Assembly: GCA_963815195.1 (NCBI GenBank)
Contig: CAWFGE010000012.1
Span: forward strand, 1,024,001 to 1,088,000
DNA length: 64,000 nucleotides
DNA from: an uncultured Planctomycetaceae bacterium
GTDB lineage: Bacteria; Planctomycetota; Planctomycetia; Planctomycetales; Planctomycetaceae
Reading direction: 5' to 3'
Shown one piece after another: positions 45,766-55,331 of the stretch. How positions within the stretch are numbered: position 1 is the first letter of the stretch; every line of letters begins with the position of its first letter. Made by a program: the position numbers and the translations under genes. Below the pieces are notes generated by a model that was not told the origin of the DNA, did not search any database, and saw only the letters and a program-made list of their open reading frames with translations.

Positions 45766-45775
45766 ACGCGAAAAA

Positions 45776-45804
45776 CCTGAGCGGTAGGCGCTAGCCTCCG
45801 GCGG
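45776..45804 (+). repeat. Single REP-like arm, family C
   Basis: CCTGAGCGGTAGGCGCTAGCCTCCGGCGG, same as unit 3 of the 41.7 kb array. Confidence 0.75.
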
Positions 45805-45891
45805 CTGGCCCCTTTGATGCGACCTTCAAAAAAAGCCGGCGAGGTTTTTTATGATTCCTCGCCGGCCCCTTCGGTGAGTGATTCTTCTTCA

Positions 45892-47478
45892 TCAGAAATC
45901 GATTTGAGAACGCAGCGCGAAGATGTTCGCCGTGGAGCGTCCGAGGGTGGGATCGGTCAACCAGGGGCGGATGTAGTTGAACTGCATTTTCGTGTAGCCG
46001 TTGATGTACCAGCTGAGGCCGATCGTCAAATCGTTGAGCAGCCGGCCCGGTCCGGGTTGATTGACGCCGTTGAGGTCGATGTAGGAATAGCGGGCGGCGA
46101 GTTCCCAGGCCCCGATGCCGCCGGTCGCAAAGCTCACGTTCTGGTTGGGAACCACGCGGCCGAAGATGCCCCCTTTCTTGTTATAAGGCAGGCGTTCGCC
46201 GGTGAGAATCCAGCGGGCTTGGGCATAGGCTCCGGGATAAGTGTTGCTGCCGCCGTTGAGCAGATTCACGGTGGACCAGTAGGCTTCGGATTGAAAATAC
46301 AAAGGCCCATAGGCGGCAGCGCCTTCAAGACCCCACAGGCTTTGGTTTTTCGTGCGAACTGCGCCGGTGTCCACGAAGGGCGGAGTCGAAGGCGGCGTGC
46401 CGGGCAGGATGGGATTGCCCGCATTTTCACCCACGAAGATTTCCGGCTGGTTTTGGAATCGGAGGAGATCATTCGCGGGATCGTTGAAGCTGTAATCGAC
46501 GCCGACATGGATCAACTGCTCGCCGTCGTTGGCGTAATACGGAAGGGCGGTGACGCGGCCCGCCATGCCCCAACCGCCGTTGTCGCCGATGGTGTTGCCG
46601 AACCCAGTCGAGGGATAACGGTAAGCCGAAATCGCCCACGTCAGATTGTCGTCGAATGCGGTGTTGTACGCCCCGATCCCCGATTGCCGGAAGGGAACGA
46701 AGGCAAACGGCGTGGCCCGTTCCAGAAATGGAAGTTCGCGAACGCTGGTTAAAGCGGACATCCCGAACGGTTGACGCCAACGGCCGACGCGAATGTTGCC
46801 CAAGACCGGAACGCTGGCAAAGTTCATCCACACATCGACGAACCGCGCCTGGCTCGCGGCGAAATCGAACTCCATGATGTAGCTGGTGTTTTTGGTCACG
46901 TTGCCCTTCGCCGCCAGACGAGCCCGGCGAAAGTCGATGCCGTCCTGCACATCCCCGACCGTCGCCCGGTTATTGGGGCTTTGGTCGAACCAGACGGAGT
47001 CCATTTGGAAGAATCCCGTCAATAAGGGAATGGTCGGGTATTTCTTCTCATCCTTGGGGATCACGCAGTCAACGCTCGTCGGCTGGTAGGTGATCGGAGC
47101 CGGCGACGAAGGAGTAGGCGTGGCGGGATTGGGATCGAGGTTCGGTTTTTCGCCCGGCATCGGCGGGACCTGGACCGGCTTCACATCGGCCTGAGCCGTG
47201 CGCTGGACTTTCATCCGGTTCACTTCCGAAATCAGAGCCTGGTTCGTCGCTTCCAACTGATCCAACCGCAGCAACAGATCGCTCATCGACGGGGAGGTCG
47301 GTTGTGTGCTGATCGGAAGTGAATTGATCGGCTCCGAACGAATCGGCTCTGTCGAGCGGTTCTGCGATAGCGGCTGAGGAATCTGGGCACTCAGGTCCGC
47401 GCGGGTCCCCAGCCCCGAAATCCCCGCAATCAAAAAGGCGAACGTCCACCAAATCCATTTTCGTTTCTGTGGCACCAT
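45892..47478 (-). CDS. OprO/OprP-family anion-selective porin
   Basis: FRRARL, RVGRWRQPFGM, FLERA, GAWELAARYS, GLSWY.N..KMQFNY, terminal Phe. Confidence 0.88.
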   Translation of the reverse strand: MVPQKRKWIWWTFAFLIAGISGLGTRADLSAQIPQPLSQNRSTEPIRSEPINSLPISTQPTSPSMSDLLLRLDQLEATNQALISEVNRMKVQRTAQADVKPVQVPPMPGEKPNLDPNPATPTPSSPAPITYQPTSVDCVIPKDEKKYPTIPLLTGFFQMDSVWFDQSPNNRATVGDVQDGIDFRRARLAAKGNVTKNTSYIMEFDFAASQARFVDVWMNFASVPVLGNIRVGRWRQPFGMSALTSVRELPFLERATPFAFVPFRQSGIGAYNTAFDDNLTWAISAYRYPSTGFGNTIGDNGGWGMAGRVTALPYYANDGEQLIHVGVDYSFNDPANDLLRFQNQPEIFVGENAGNPILPGTPPSTPPFVDTGAVRTKNQSLWGLEGAAAYGPLYFQSEAYWSTVNLLNGGSNTYPGAYAQARWILTGERLPYNKKGGIFGRVVPNQNVSFATGGIGAWELAARYSYIDLNGVNQPGPGRLLNDLTIGLSWYINGYTKMQFNYIRPWLTDPTLGRSTANIFALRSQIDF

Positions 47479-47556
47479 GAACCCACCTCAATTGCCAAAC
47501 TGGAGGAAACGCATCGGGCCGATTTGTGCGGGTTCGTCACGATTCGTAAATCGAGC

Positions 47557-47571
47557 GCGAGGCACAAGCCA
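47557..47571 (-). promoter_or_regulatory. Candidate sigma54 -24/-12 promoter for the porin gene
   Basis: Minus strand TGGCTT-GTGCC-TCGC (GG-N10-GC), ~80 bp upstream of the ATG. Confidence 0.45.
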
Positions 47572-47637
47572 GCTTTTCCAATTCAATCGGCAATTCCGGA
47601 AGATCCGAATGAAGCGAGTTTAACGGTTTTAACGATT

Positions 47638-47651
47638 CGCAAGGATTTGCA
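47638..47651. promoter_or_regulatory. Candidate activator site CGCA-N6-TGCA
   Basis: CGCAAGGATTTGCA; similar to CGCAAGATATTGCA upstream of sbtA. Confidence 0.45.
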
Positions 47652-47758
47652 GATTCTCCCTAAAAACCCGCCTGGGAGATTTGGCGAAACTATGAAAAAT
47701 GCAGCCTGCCACTGGTCCGGGTAAAACGCGGGCTTGAGAAAGGTTGCGTTGCCCTGGT

Positions 47759-49117
47759 TCAATACAACTCGTAGCGGTTCATTTTGTAGTGCAGCGTCCG
47801 CACGCTGATGTCGAGGAGTTTGGCGGTCCGCTCGCGGTGATGGTCGCACTCCATGAGCGCGGCTTGAATCGCCGCCATCTCCGCTTGTTCGACCGCGGCG
47901 GCCAGCGTCTTCGAAGACTTGCCGGACCTGCGGGCGTGGATTTCCAAAGGGACCATGTCCGCCGAGATCTCATCCCCCCGCGTGGTCACGCTGAGCCGTT
48001 CGATAAGATTCCGCAGTTGGCGGATGTTGCCCGGCCATTCGTAATTCTGCAGCACCTCGAGGGCTTCGGGGGAGAGCGTCGTGACGGGCCGGCGGTAGCG
48101 GTTTGCAAACATCTTCAGAAAATGATCGACGAGCAGCGGGATGTCGTCCCGTCGTTGGCGGAGTGGCGGAACATCTACGGGCACCACGTTGAGGCGGTAG
48201 TACAAGTCTTCGCGAAACTTGCCCTCGCGAACCAGGCCGTCCATTTCCCGATTGGTGGCGGCGACAATGCGGGCGTCGGTCGACATCGTCTTTTCGCCGC
48301 CGAGCCGCATGAACTCCCGCGTCTCCAAAACCCGCAAGAGATCCACCTGGCTTTTGGGGGACATCTCGGTGACTTCATCCAGAAACAACGTGCCGCCGTT
48401 CGCCAGTTCAAAGCAGCCGGGCTTCTGGCGGGCGGCCCCGCTGAAGGCGCCTTTTTCGTAGCCGAACAACTCGCTCTCCAAGAGCGTTTCGGGCAAGGCC
48501 CCCAGGTTGATGGGCACGAAGCGATTCTCCGAGCGGGGGCTGAGATCGTGGATGGCCCGCGCGATCAACTCTTTGCCCGTGCCGCTTTCGCCGCGGATGA
48601 AGACGGTCGCATCGGTGGCGGCGACCTGGCGAACCAGCCGGAACAGCGCCTGCATCTCCTGGCTGGAGGCCACCATCCCGGCGACTTCGCCGGCCTCGGC
48701 GAGACGTTCCTTCAGCGCGCGGTTTTCCACGAGCAGTTGATGCCGGTCTTTGGCCTTCTGGGCAAACAGGCGGATCACGTTCAAATCGACGGGTTTGGTG
48801 ATGAAGTCGAAGGCCCCCCGCCGCATGGCTTCCACGGCGGACTCGACCGACCCGTGGGCCGTGATGACGATCACCGTCGTCTGCGGATGCCGCTCTTTGG
48901 CCAAGGTCACCAAATCCAAGCCGGAAATCTCGCCGGGCAGCCGCAAGTCCGCGATCACCAACGGAAAGCTCTCGTTTTCCAGCTGCGCGACCGCCTGGCG
49001 GCCGTCAGCGGCCGTCACGATTTCCGTGCCCGCCCCCGCCAATCCGCGGGCCAGCCCCGAGCGGATGTTCGGCTCGTCGTCCACAATCAAAATGCGAAAC
49101 GGTTCAGATTCACCCAC
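47759..49117 (-). CDS. NtrC/AtoC-family sigma54-dependent response regulator
   Basis: REC, GESGTGKEL, ESELFGYEKGAFSGA, LFLDEV, FREDLYYRLNV, WPGNIRQL, Fis HTH. Confidence 0.93.
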   Translation of the reverse strand: MGESEPFRILIVDDEPNIRSGLARGLAGAGTEIVTAADGRQAVAQLENESFPLVIADLRLPGEISGLDLVTLAKERHPQTTVIVITAHGSVESAVEAMRRGAFDFITKPVDLNVIRLFAQKAKDRHQLLVENRALKERLAEAGEVAGMVASSQEMQALFRLVRQVAATDATVFIRGESGTGKELIARAIHDLSPRSENRFVPINLGALPETLLESELFGYEKGAFSGAARQKPGCFELANGGTLFLDEVTEMSPKSQVDLLRVLETREFMRLGGEKTMSTDARIVAATNREMDGLVREGKFREDLYYRLNVVPVDVPPLRQRRDDIPLLVDHFLKMFANRYRRPVTTLSPEALEVLQNYEWPGNIRQLRNLIERLSVTTRGDEISADMVPLEIHARRSGKSSKTLAAAVEQAEMAAIQAALMECDHHRERTAKLLDISVRTLHYKMNRYELY

Positions 49118-50516
49118 GATGATGGAACCTCTTTCTTGTCCGCAGTTTTTCGGTTAACGGGGAACGGGGAACGACCAGGCGAAAGGTCGTGCCCCGGCCC
49201 GAGGTTTCAAACGAAATCGTCCCCTCGTGCTGCCGCACGATCTTTTCACAAATCGCCAGCCCCAATCCCGATCCGTGATTCTTCGTTGTGAAGTACGGAT
49301 CAAACAATTTGTCGCGAATCGATTCCGGGATTCCGGTTCCCGTGTCGGAAACGGAAATCCGCATGTTGTCATCGTCGGCTTCGCACCTTAGCGTGAGCGC
49401 ATCCCCGCGGCTCATGGCTTCGAGGGCGTTGAGGATCAGGTTGATGAGCACTTGCTCGATTTTCACCGAGTCCACATGGACCAAAAGATCGGGCGGGGTC
49501 TCGATTTCCATGTTGAGGGGAATCCCCTTCGAGTGGATATGCGGCTTGAGCAGCCCCACGACTTTGTCCACCAGCCCGGCGAGCGAAATCGGTTGCCGAT
49601 CCAGTTTGTCGATCGCGGCGAACTCCCGAAACCCGTCGAGCACCTTCGTCATCCGGCGGACTTCCGACAGTAAAATCTTGATGGTTTCATCCGTTTCCGG
49701 GACGGGAACGTGTTCCAACTGCTCTTTAAGGAGCTGAACGTGCAGGACCAAGGCACTTAACGGATTTTTGATTTCATGGGCGAGGCCCGCGGCGACGGCT
49801 CCCAGGCCGGCAAACCGCTCCATCCGCCGCATGCGTTCTTCCAGCAAACTTTGTTCCGTGATGTCGGTGACGTGCAAAACCGTGCCGATCGTCGCCCCCC
49901 GCTCGTTCTTCAGCAAATGCCCGTGCGACAACAAGCGGAGCGTCTGCCCGTTGACGCTGAAGGGAAATGCCCGGTCGCGGATATTCTCCCCCAACCGCTG
50001 GATGGCTTCGTCCAATTCGACGAGCGGCTTCAAAGCGGTCGACAGCTGCGACAATCGGACCTGCAGCTCTTCATCGCGGATGCCCAGCATCTCCCGGCCC
50101 TTGGGATTGATCCCGTTGATGAACCCGTGCGTGTCCAGGGTGATCACCGCGTGGTCCATGCTGGCGAGAATGTTCCCGGCCAATTCTTTCACGCTGCGGA
50201 GAGTCCGCTGAGAGAGGAGATAGGCCCGGCTCAACGCGACCACCGCCAGGCCCGTGCCCACGATGTTCAGCAGCACCACCGCCGTCAGTCCGTATTGCCA
50301 GCGCAGTTCCGAGGTAATCTCCAATGTGGAACTGGCCAGGTCGTCGGACTCCCGGCGAAGCTCCGCCAGCAGGTCGGCGAACACGACCTGCTCTTTGCGG
50401 ACCTCAATCATAATCCAGACCGTGATGGCCGAGGCCAAGAGGTTCGCCACCAGCAATCCAAAGATGATCACCCGCACGAGGCGGGAATCGTCGCGCTGCT
50501 GAACTTGGAACATCAT
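49110..50516 (-). CDS. Membrane PAS-domain histidine kinase
   Basis: 2 TM, PAS, LAHEIKNPL, QVLINLILNA, DTGTG, GSGLGL; overlaps the RR start. Confidence 0.92.
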   Translation of the reverse strand: MMFQVQQRDDSRLVRVIIFGLLVANLLASAITVWIMIEVRKEQVVFADLLAELRRESDDLASSTLEITSELRWQYGLTAVVLLNIVGTGLAVVALSRAYLLSQRTLRSVKELAGNILASMDHAVITLDTHGFINGINPKGREMLGIRDEELQVRLSQLSTALKPLVELDEAIQRLGENIRDRAFPFSVNGQTLRLLSHGHLLKNERGATIGTVLHVTDITEQSLLEERMRRMERFAGLGAVAAGLAHEIKNPLSALVLHVQLLKEQLEHVPVPETDETIKILLSEVRRMTKVLDGFREFAAIDKLDRQPISLAGLVDKVVGLLKPHIHSKGIPLNMEIETPPDLLVHVDSVKIEQVLINLILNALEAMSRGDALTLRCEADDDNMRISVSDTGTGIPESIRDKLFDPYFTTKNHGSGLGLAICEKIVRQHEGTISFETSGRGTTFRLVVPRSPLTEKLRTRKRFHHRG

Positions 50517-50683
50517 TCCGTCCCTCAACGGTGGAAACTTTCAGATATTCCATTTTTAGGCATTTCCGGCGGCAAAACAAATGGAGACGCATGCATGCGA
50601 GGGCCAACAACACAAAAAGGAACGGCGTCTCGCGGGGGCGAGCCGACCGTCCCTTTCGTGGAGAATCTTTGCCGGGAGGTAAT

Positions 50684-51015
50684 TTAGCTTGACTTGGTGT
50701 CGGGCGCAGGAGGAATTTCTCCGGATCCGCGACTTCCACCGTTTCGATGTAAGCCGAGCGCGGATGGGAGGCGAATTCGGGGCCTTCCAAGAGCGTGACG
50801 ATTTGTTCGACGATTTTGCGGGAGGCGACGACTTCGACCTGGATCTGCGTGGCCCCCATGAAAGGCTCGTTTTGAATCGTCCGATGCCCTTCGCCAAAAC
50901 AAGCCAGGCAGGTGTAGCCCGTCGCCCCCAATTCGGTGATGGCCTTCAAAACCCGCTGCTCGATGGCGGTGTCAATGATGAGGACGGCTTTGAAAAGACG
51001 CGTGGTTTCTAACAT
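50684..51015 (-). CDS. sbtB: SbtB-like PII-family protein (3' end uncertain)
   Basis: ELGATGYT..FGEGHR..IQVEVV..YIETVEV..PEKF; directly downstream of sbtA. Confidence 0.75.
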
Positions 51016-51091
51016 GGAAGAGCTTCCTCTACGAAAGGTCTTTTGACGGAAAGGTTCGTTTTGACGAAATTACGGGGCCGAGGAACGGACT

Positions 51092-51121
51092 GAGCGTTCC
51101 CCCCCGTTGAAGGGAACGCTC
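51092..51121. other. Intergenic hairpin between sbtA and sbtB
   Basis: GAGCGTTCCC ... GGGAACGCTC, perfect 10 bp stem. Confidence 0.55.
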
Positions 51122-51132
51122 GCTCGTTTCCG

Positions 51133-52704
51133 TTACCCCACGGGAACCGCCTTCATTAAGCTTTCCGCGATCATGATATACACGGGAATGCCAATGGTGA
51201 CGTTATAGGAGAACGTCAACCCCAGGGACGCCGCGAGCGGCAAGGTCGGACTGGCCTCGGGAATCGCGAGCCGTTGGACGGCGGGCACGGCGATGTACGA
51301 CGCGGCCGCGCAGAGCACGGCGAACAGGGCGTACGTTCCGATGTCAAACGGATGCCCCAGCATCATGGAATACGCGTGCACAATGCAGATTCCGAACACC
51401 GCAAAGATGTTGGGAGCCACCAAACCGAACACGATGAACCGCCAGCCCGCCGTGCGGAGGTCTTTGAGCCGGAGACAGGCCGTGATGCCCATTTCCAAAA
51501 GGAACAAGCACAGCATGCCGTGGAAGATGGTCACGAAAAGTTTGTCGTCTTTGCTGGTGACTTTATTCTTCGACCAGATTGTGAAGAGGGTTCTGCGGTC
51601 TTCCCGGATACGGCCGGACTCGTCCACGCCCTTCTGCTCCCTGGCCCAGTCCTTCTTTTGGTCCGTATTCAAGACGGCCGTCACCTCCTCGGAAAGCTCT
51701 TTCTCCTCGGCCTCCGACTCGGGATTGGGATTCTCCGCCAAAATGCCGGAAATCTTCTCGCGTTGCTCCGAATTGAGCTTCAATTTGTCGGCCATTTCAG
51801 GGCGGGTGATCGCATCGAGCGGCAGCGCTTGCACGATCACTTCGCTTTCCTCCAGGGTCGGACGGGTCTCCCCTTGCAGCCCGCCGATGAAACCGATGAG
51901 GATCCCGCCGAACAGGAGATACAGGCCCGGGTTAAAGAAAATCTCGTGCAGCATCGCGGCGCTGAGAACGCTGCGGGAATCTTCCTGTGCATGATCGTGG
52001 CCCCCCGATTCCGACCGGTTATGATGGACCGTCGAGCCATGGTCGTGCATGGTGGAAGAATCTTGGGATTTGGTCTTCACCGCCGTGCCACCTTCCTGCT
52101 TGGAAGCGGCGTGGCCTTCTTTGCCATAGCCCGACTCTTCGTAACCCGAAGCGTCGCCCAATTCGGCCAAGCTTTCGTCGTAGCCTTCTTCGTAAGGCAT
52201 ATAGCCCGCCGAGTTCAAACCTTGCCGACGCAAACGCGAGACCAGATACAACGCCACCAAACAGCCGGGAATCTCCATCACGGCCAGTAACACCGGCATG
52301 TACGCGGCATACAACAACCCTTGGGCGATCAACACGCCCAGACAGGTCACGAAGGTCCCGGCGGAGTCGGAACCATAGAAGCCCGCAACGGTTGCGGCGT
52401 CGACTTGCTTCAGGGTCGTGCCCTTTCGCAGCATTTGGTAGGCCACGATCCCGATGAAGAAGTTGGTGAAAAAGCCAATCACCATGAATCCGCCCGCTTC
52501 GGCAAACTCTCGGGCGCTCAATCCCGCCAATTCTTCCCCCCCATGCCAGCCAATGGCGACCAGCAGATAAATGGTCAAGCCTTGGTAGAGCACCTTGGGA
52601 AACTCAAAAGGCACTTTGAAGAGAGGGATGAGAAACCCCATGTAAAAGAACAACAGCAAAGGCTGGAAGAGGTTGTGAATGACATTGTGAACAAATGATT
52701 CCAT
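51133..52704 (-). CDS. sbtA: SbtA-family sodium-dependent bicarbonate transporter with two insertions
   Basis: YLLVAIGWHGG, YGSDSAGTF, MEIPG, LFLLEMG, AASYIAVPA, SLGLTFSYNVTIGIP. Confidence 0.9.
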   Translation of the reverse strand: MESFVHNVIHNLFQPLLLFFYMGFLIPLFKVPFEFPKVLYQGLTIYLLVAIGWHGGEELAGLSAREFAEAGGFMVIGFFTNFFIGIVAYQMLRKGTTLKQVDAATVAGFYGSDSAGTFVTCLGVLIAQGLLYAAYMPVLLAVMEIPGCLVALYLVSRLRRQGLNSAGYMPYEEGYDESLAELGDASGYEESGYGKEGHAASKQEGGTAVKTKSQDSSTMHDHGSTVHHNRSESGGHDHAQEDSRSVLSAAMLHEIFFNPGLYLLFGGILIGFIGGLQGETRPTLEESEVIVQALPLDAITRPEMADKLKLNSEQREKISGILAENPNPESEAEEKELSEEVTAVLNTDQKKDWAREQKGVDESGRIREDRRTLFTIWSKNKVTSKDDKLFVTIFHGMLCLFLLEMGITACLRLKDLRTAGWRFIVFGLVAPNIFAVFGICIVHAYSMMLGHPFDIGTYALFAVLCAAASYIAVPAVQRLAIPEASPTLPLAASLGLTFSYNVTIGIPVYIMIAESLMKAVPVG

Positions 52705-52814
52705 GTGTAATTCCCGTGGGATAAGAGGTCCGCCAGAGTTGAAGTCGGTCGAAAGATCTTTAGTCTTTCGGGAGCAGGAAAAGGGATGTGGAGAATTGAC
52801 GCAAGGTATAGAAA

Positions 52815-52830
52815 AGCAAAGGCGATACCA
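52815..52830 (-). promoter_or_regulatory. sigma54 -24/-12 promoter for sbtA
   Basis: Minus strand TGGTAT-CGCCT-TTGCT, close to TGGCAC-N5-TTGC, ~110 bp upstream of the ATG. Confidence 0.65.
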
Positions 52831-52950
52831 AATTCCGGACTCCCTTGGAATTTCTACCAAACGGCTCGTGTTATCCGTCGCAATCTGAAGTTTTACTGGG
52901 TAATCCACATTTCTTCCCTCAGATTATTTCCGAGGGTGCCCATGTTTTTC

Positions 52951-52985
52951 TGCAAAAACCTGCGCGCTTAGCGCAAGATATTGCA
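52951..52985. promoter_or_regulatory. Tandem candidate enhancer sites (T/C)GCA-N6-TGC(A/G)
   Basis: TGCAAAAACCTGCG (52951-64) and CGCAAGATATTGCA (52972-85), 21 bp apart, 120-155 bp upstream of the sigma54 motif. Confidence 0.55.
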
Positions 52986-53187
52986 GACCATCGAGTCGCG
53001 AACGATATACACAAGTTTCATGCAGCCGTCGGTTCCCGTTGGATGAATCGGAAACATGTGCGGTATCGGCGGGGAATCGTGAAGTGGCGATCGCGCGGCC
53101 GATATTTCCTTGACGGTCTTTCACCAGGACCAAGCCAGCGGATGAGATTACGGTGAATTTGTTTTCGGGGAGGATTGGGCAGCCGGT

Positions 53188-55067
53188 TCAGAGAGGAGCA
53201 GATCGTCGATCAGCAGCTCCGCCGCCCTTTGGCAGGTTGAAGTGAATCTCGTCGATGGATTTCAATTTGCCGGTGGCCGTCTCCATCGCCATTTGTGACC
53301 AGGCGTTTCGCGTCAGGTTTTTGAGATCGGCGGAAAGGCCTTGGCCGGTTTTCGTGTCGAACAGCTTCAACTTTAAGGCATCACCGCCGGTCAAACGGTA
53401 GCGGAAGGACAACTGCGTCCGCTCGCCCAGAGTTCGCGGGCCGCGCAAGTGCAGCCGAATCCAAGGGATGCCGGTTTTGGGATGGGGAACCGACTGGGCT
53501 GCCCGCCAGAAGTTGCCCGCGTCGGGAATAATCTTGAAATCGCCCGGCCACTGCTCGCCTTCTTTGCCGGTGTCGAAGTGGCCGGTGAACAGGATCCGCT
53601 TCGGAAACGGCCGGTGTTCGCTGTTCGCCCCGGCGTCGTAAAGCACGATGTCGTCGATCACGACCTCCGCATCGGGATCGACGTAAAACTGAATGTCGTC
53701 GATCCGCTCGTTCTCGCTGAGCGGACCGCCGGTCCCGTCCGGCCGGCGGGCTTCGGTCATGTCCACCGTTGCGGTCTGCCAGGTTTCTTGCGGAAGATCT
53801 TTCACCACCAACTGCCGATGATAGCCGTTGGACAGGCTGTAGATCTGCACGCGGAGCGTATCGGTCCCCTTGAGCCAATACCTGAACCGCAGCCGGGTGT
53901 TTTTTCCCATCGCCGGCCCCGGCACGGGATTGAAAATCACGGCCGAGTCCATCTGCCGCGAGGGCATCAACAGGCGCGTCGAAGTCGTGGGTCAACACGC
54001 CCCGGCACGCCCTCAGGCTCCCGGCCGGGCGGAGTTTGGTTTCCGGTTTGCCGCTCATCCACCAGAATCGCTCGATGTCGGTGTCGAAATCCTCGGCCAC
54101 GTGGACGCGGAGCGGCATCCGGTCGTCCTCGATCAGCAGGCTCGGCTTGTCCGCGGGGGCGACGAGCGACGACATCCGTTTGACGTACCACGTCACAAAT
54201 TCATCCGCCCTGACCGAAGTCACGAGTTTCGCCTGCGAAGCGGAGTCGGCCGCGACAAGATTGCCTTTCTCGTCCACGGCGAGCGAGCGTTTTTTACTTT
54301 TCACGAATCGCTCATCAAAACACATCGCGATCGCCAGGGCATCACAAAGCGGCGGCTGCTGCCGGTCCCACATTTGATACAGCGTTTGAATCTGCCGGCT
54401 CAATGGCGTTCCGGGCTTAAAGACTCGATTCACGTCCGTTTCATTGAGGACAAGATTCCGGCCGGCGTCCTTGGCGATGACAACGACAGGAACCTTCGCG
54501 GCAAACACGTTCCGCGCGGCTTCGATGTCGTACGCGATATTCGATTCCAACAGGACGATCGAACGCACCAGGTCCGCCGCGTCCTCGTGTGTTTCCAACA
54601 GCCGGGCGATGTTCGTCAGCGGTCCGAGGGCGACCAGCGAAACTTTTTCCGGCTGCTGTTTCAGACGGTCGTACAAAAACGAGGCGGCCGGCATTTTTTC
54701 GGGCTTGGTCGTCCGGTCGAAGAGCGGATCGGGATGGTAGTAATACTTCGATTGATCGGTGATCGGCCGCGGCGGTTGGGGCTTGGCTCCCTCGGCGACC
54801 CGCGTGTGCTTCCGCCCGGTCGCCGTGAGAAATCGGCACATCATCATGGCCCGGTTGTGGGTATTGTCGCCGACCGTCGTCACGCCGCGAACGTCCAGTT
54901 CCTCGCTGCCGAACGCCAGTCCCAGCGCGAAAGCATCCTCGATGCCGGTGCCGATGTCCGTATCGATCAGGATCGGCACACGCTCCGCCGGCTCCGCGAT
55001 TGCGGGGGCGAAAAGAAGTCCCAAAAGAAGCAGAGCGCAAAAAAACGCGAATCAGTTTGAGGGTCAT
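53188..55067 (-). CDS. Secreted nucleoside-hydrolase-like protein fused to C-terminal beta-sandwich domains (frameshifts near 55020, 53975, 53210)
   Basis: ILIDTDIG..EDAFAL, LVALGPLTNIA, ESNI..DIEAA; continues into RFRYWLKG..IDDIQF..IDDIVLY. Confidence 0.7.
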
Positions 55068-55331
55068 CGTGTCTCCCGCAGGCTCCTTTGATTTGGCTGG
55101 GCTCATATATCAACGTTATCTTATGCGATCGCCGGCTCAATTGCCACGCATGGGTTGTGGAATTCCTCGGCTCGATCGGGATCCGCCGGCTTCTGGCTGG
55201 GCGAATCCCGCCGAATTCTCAGAAGTTCGCGTTCCCCCGCTAAACCGACTTTCAAATCCTCCTTTGCCAATCCACAATAAAGAGACAATCCTATTCTCTC
55301 CCATTGATTTGCAGCTTTGACGAACGCCCTC

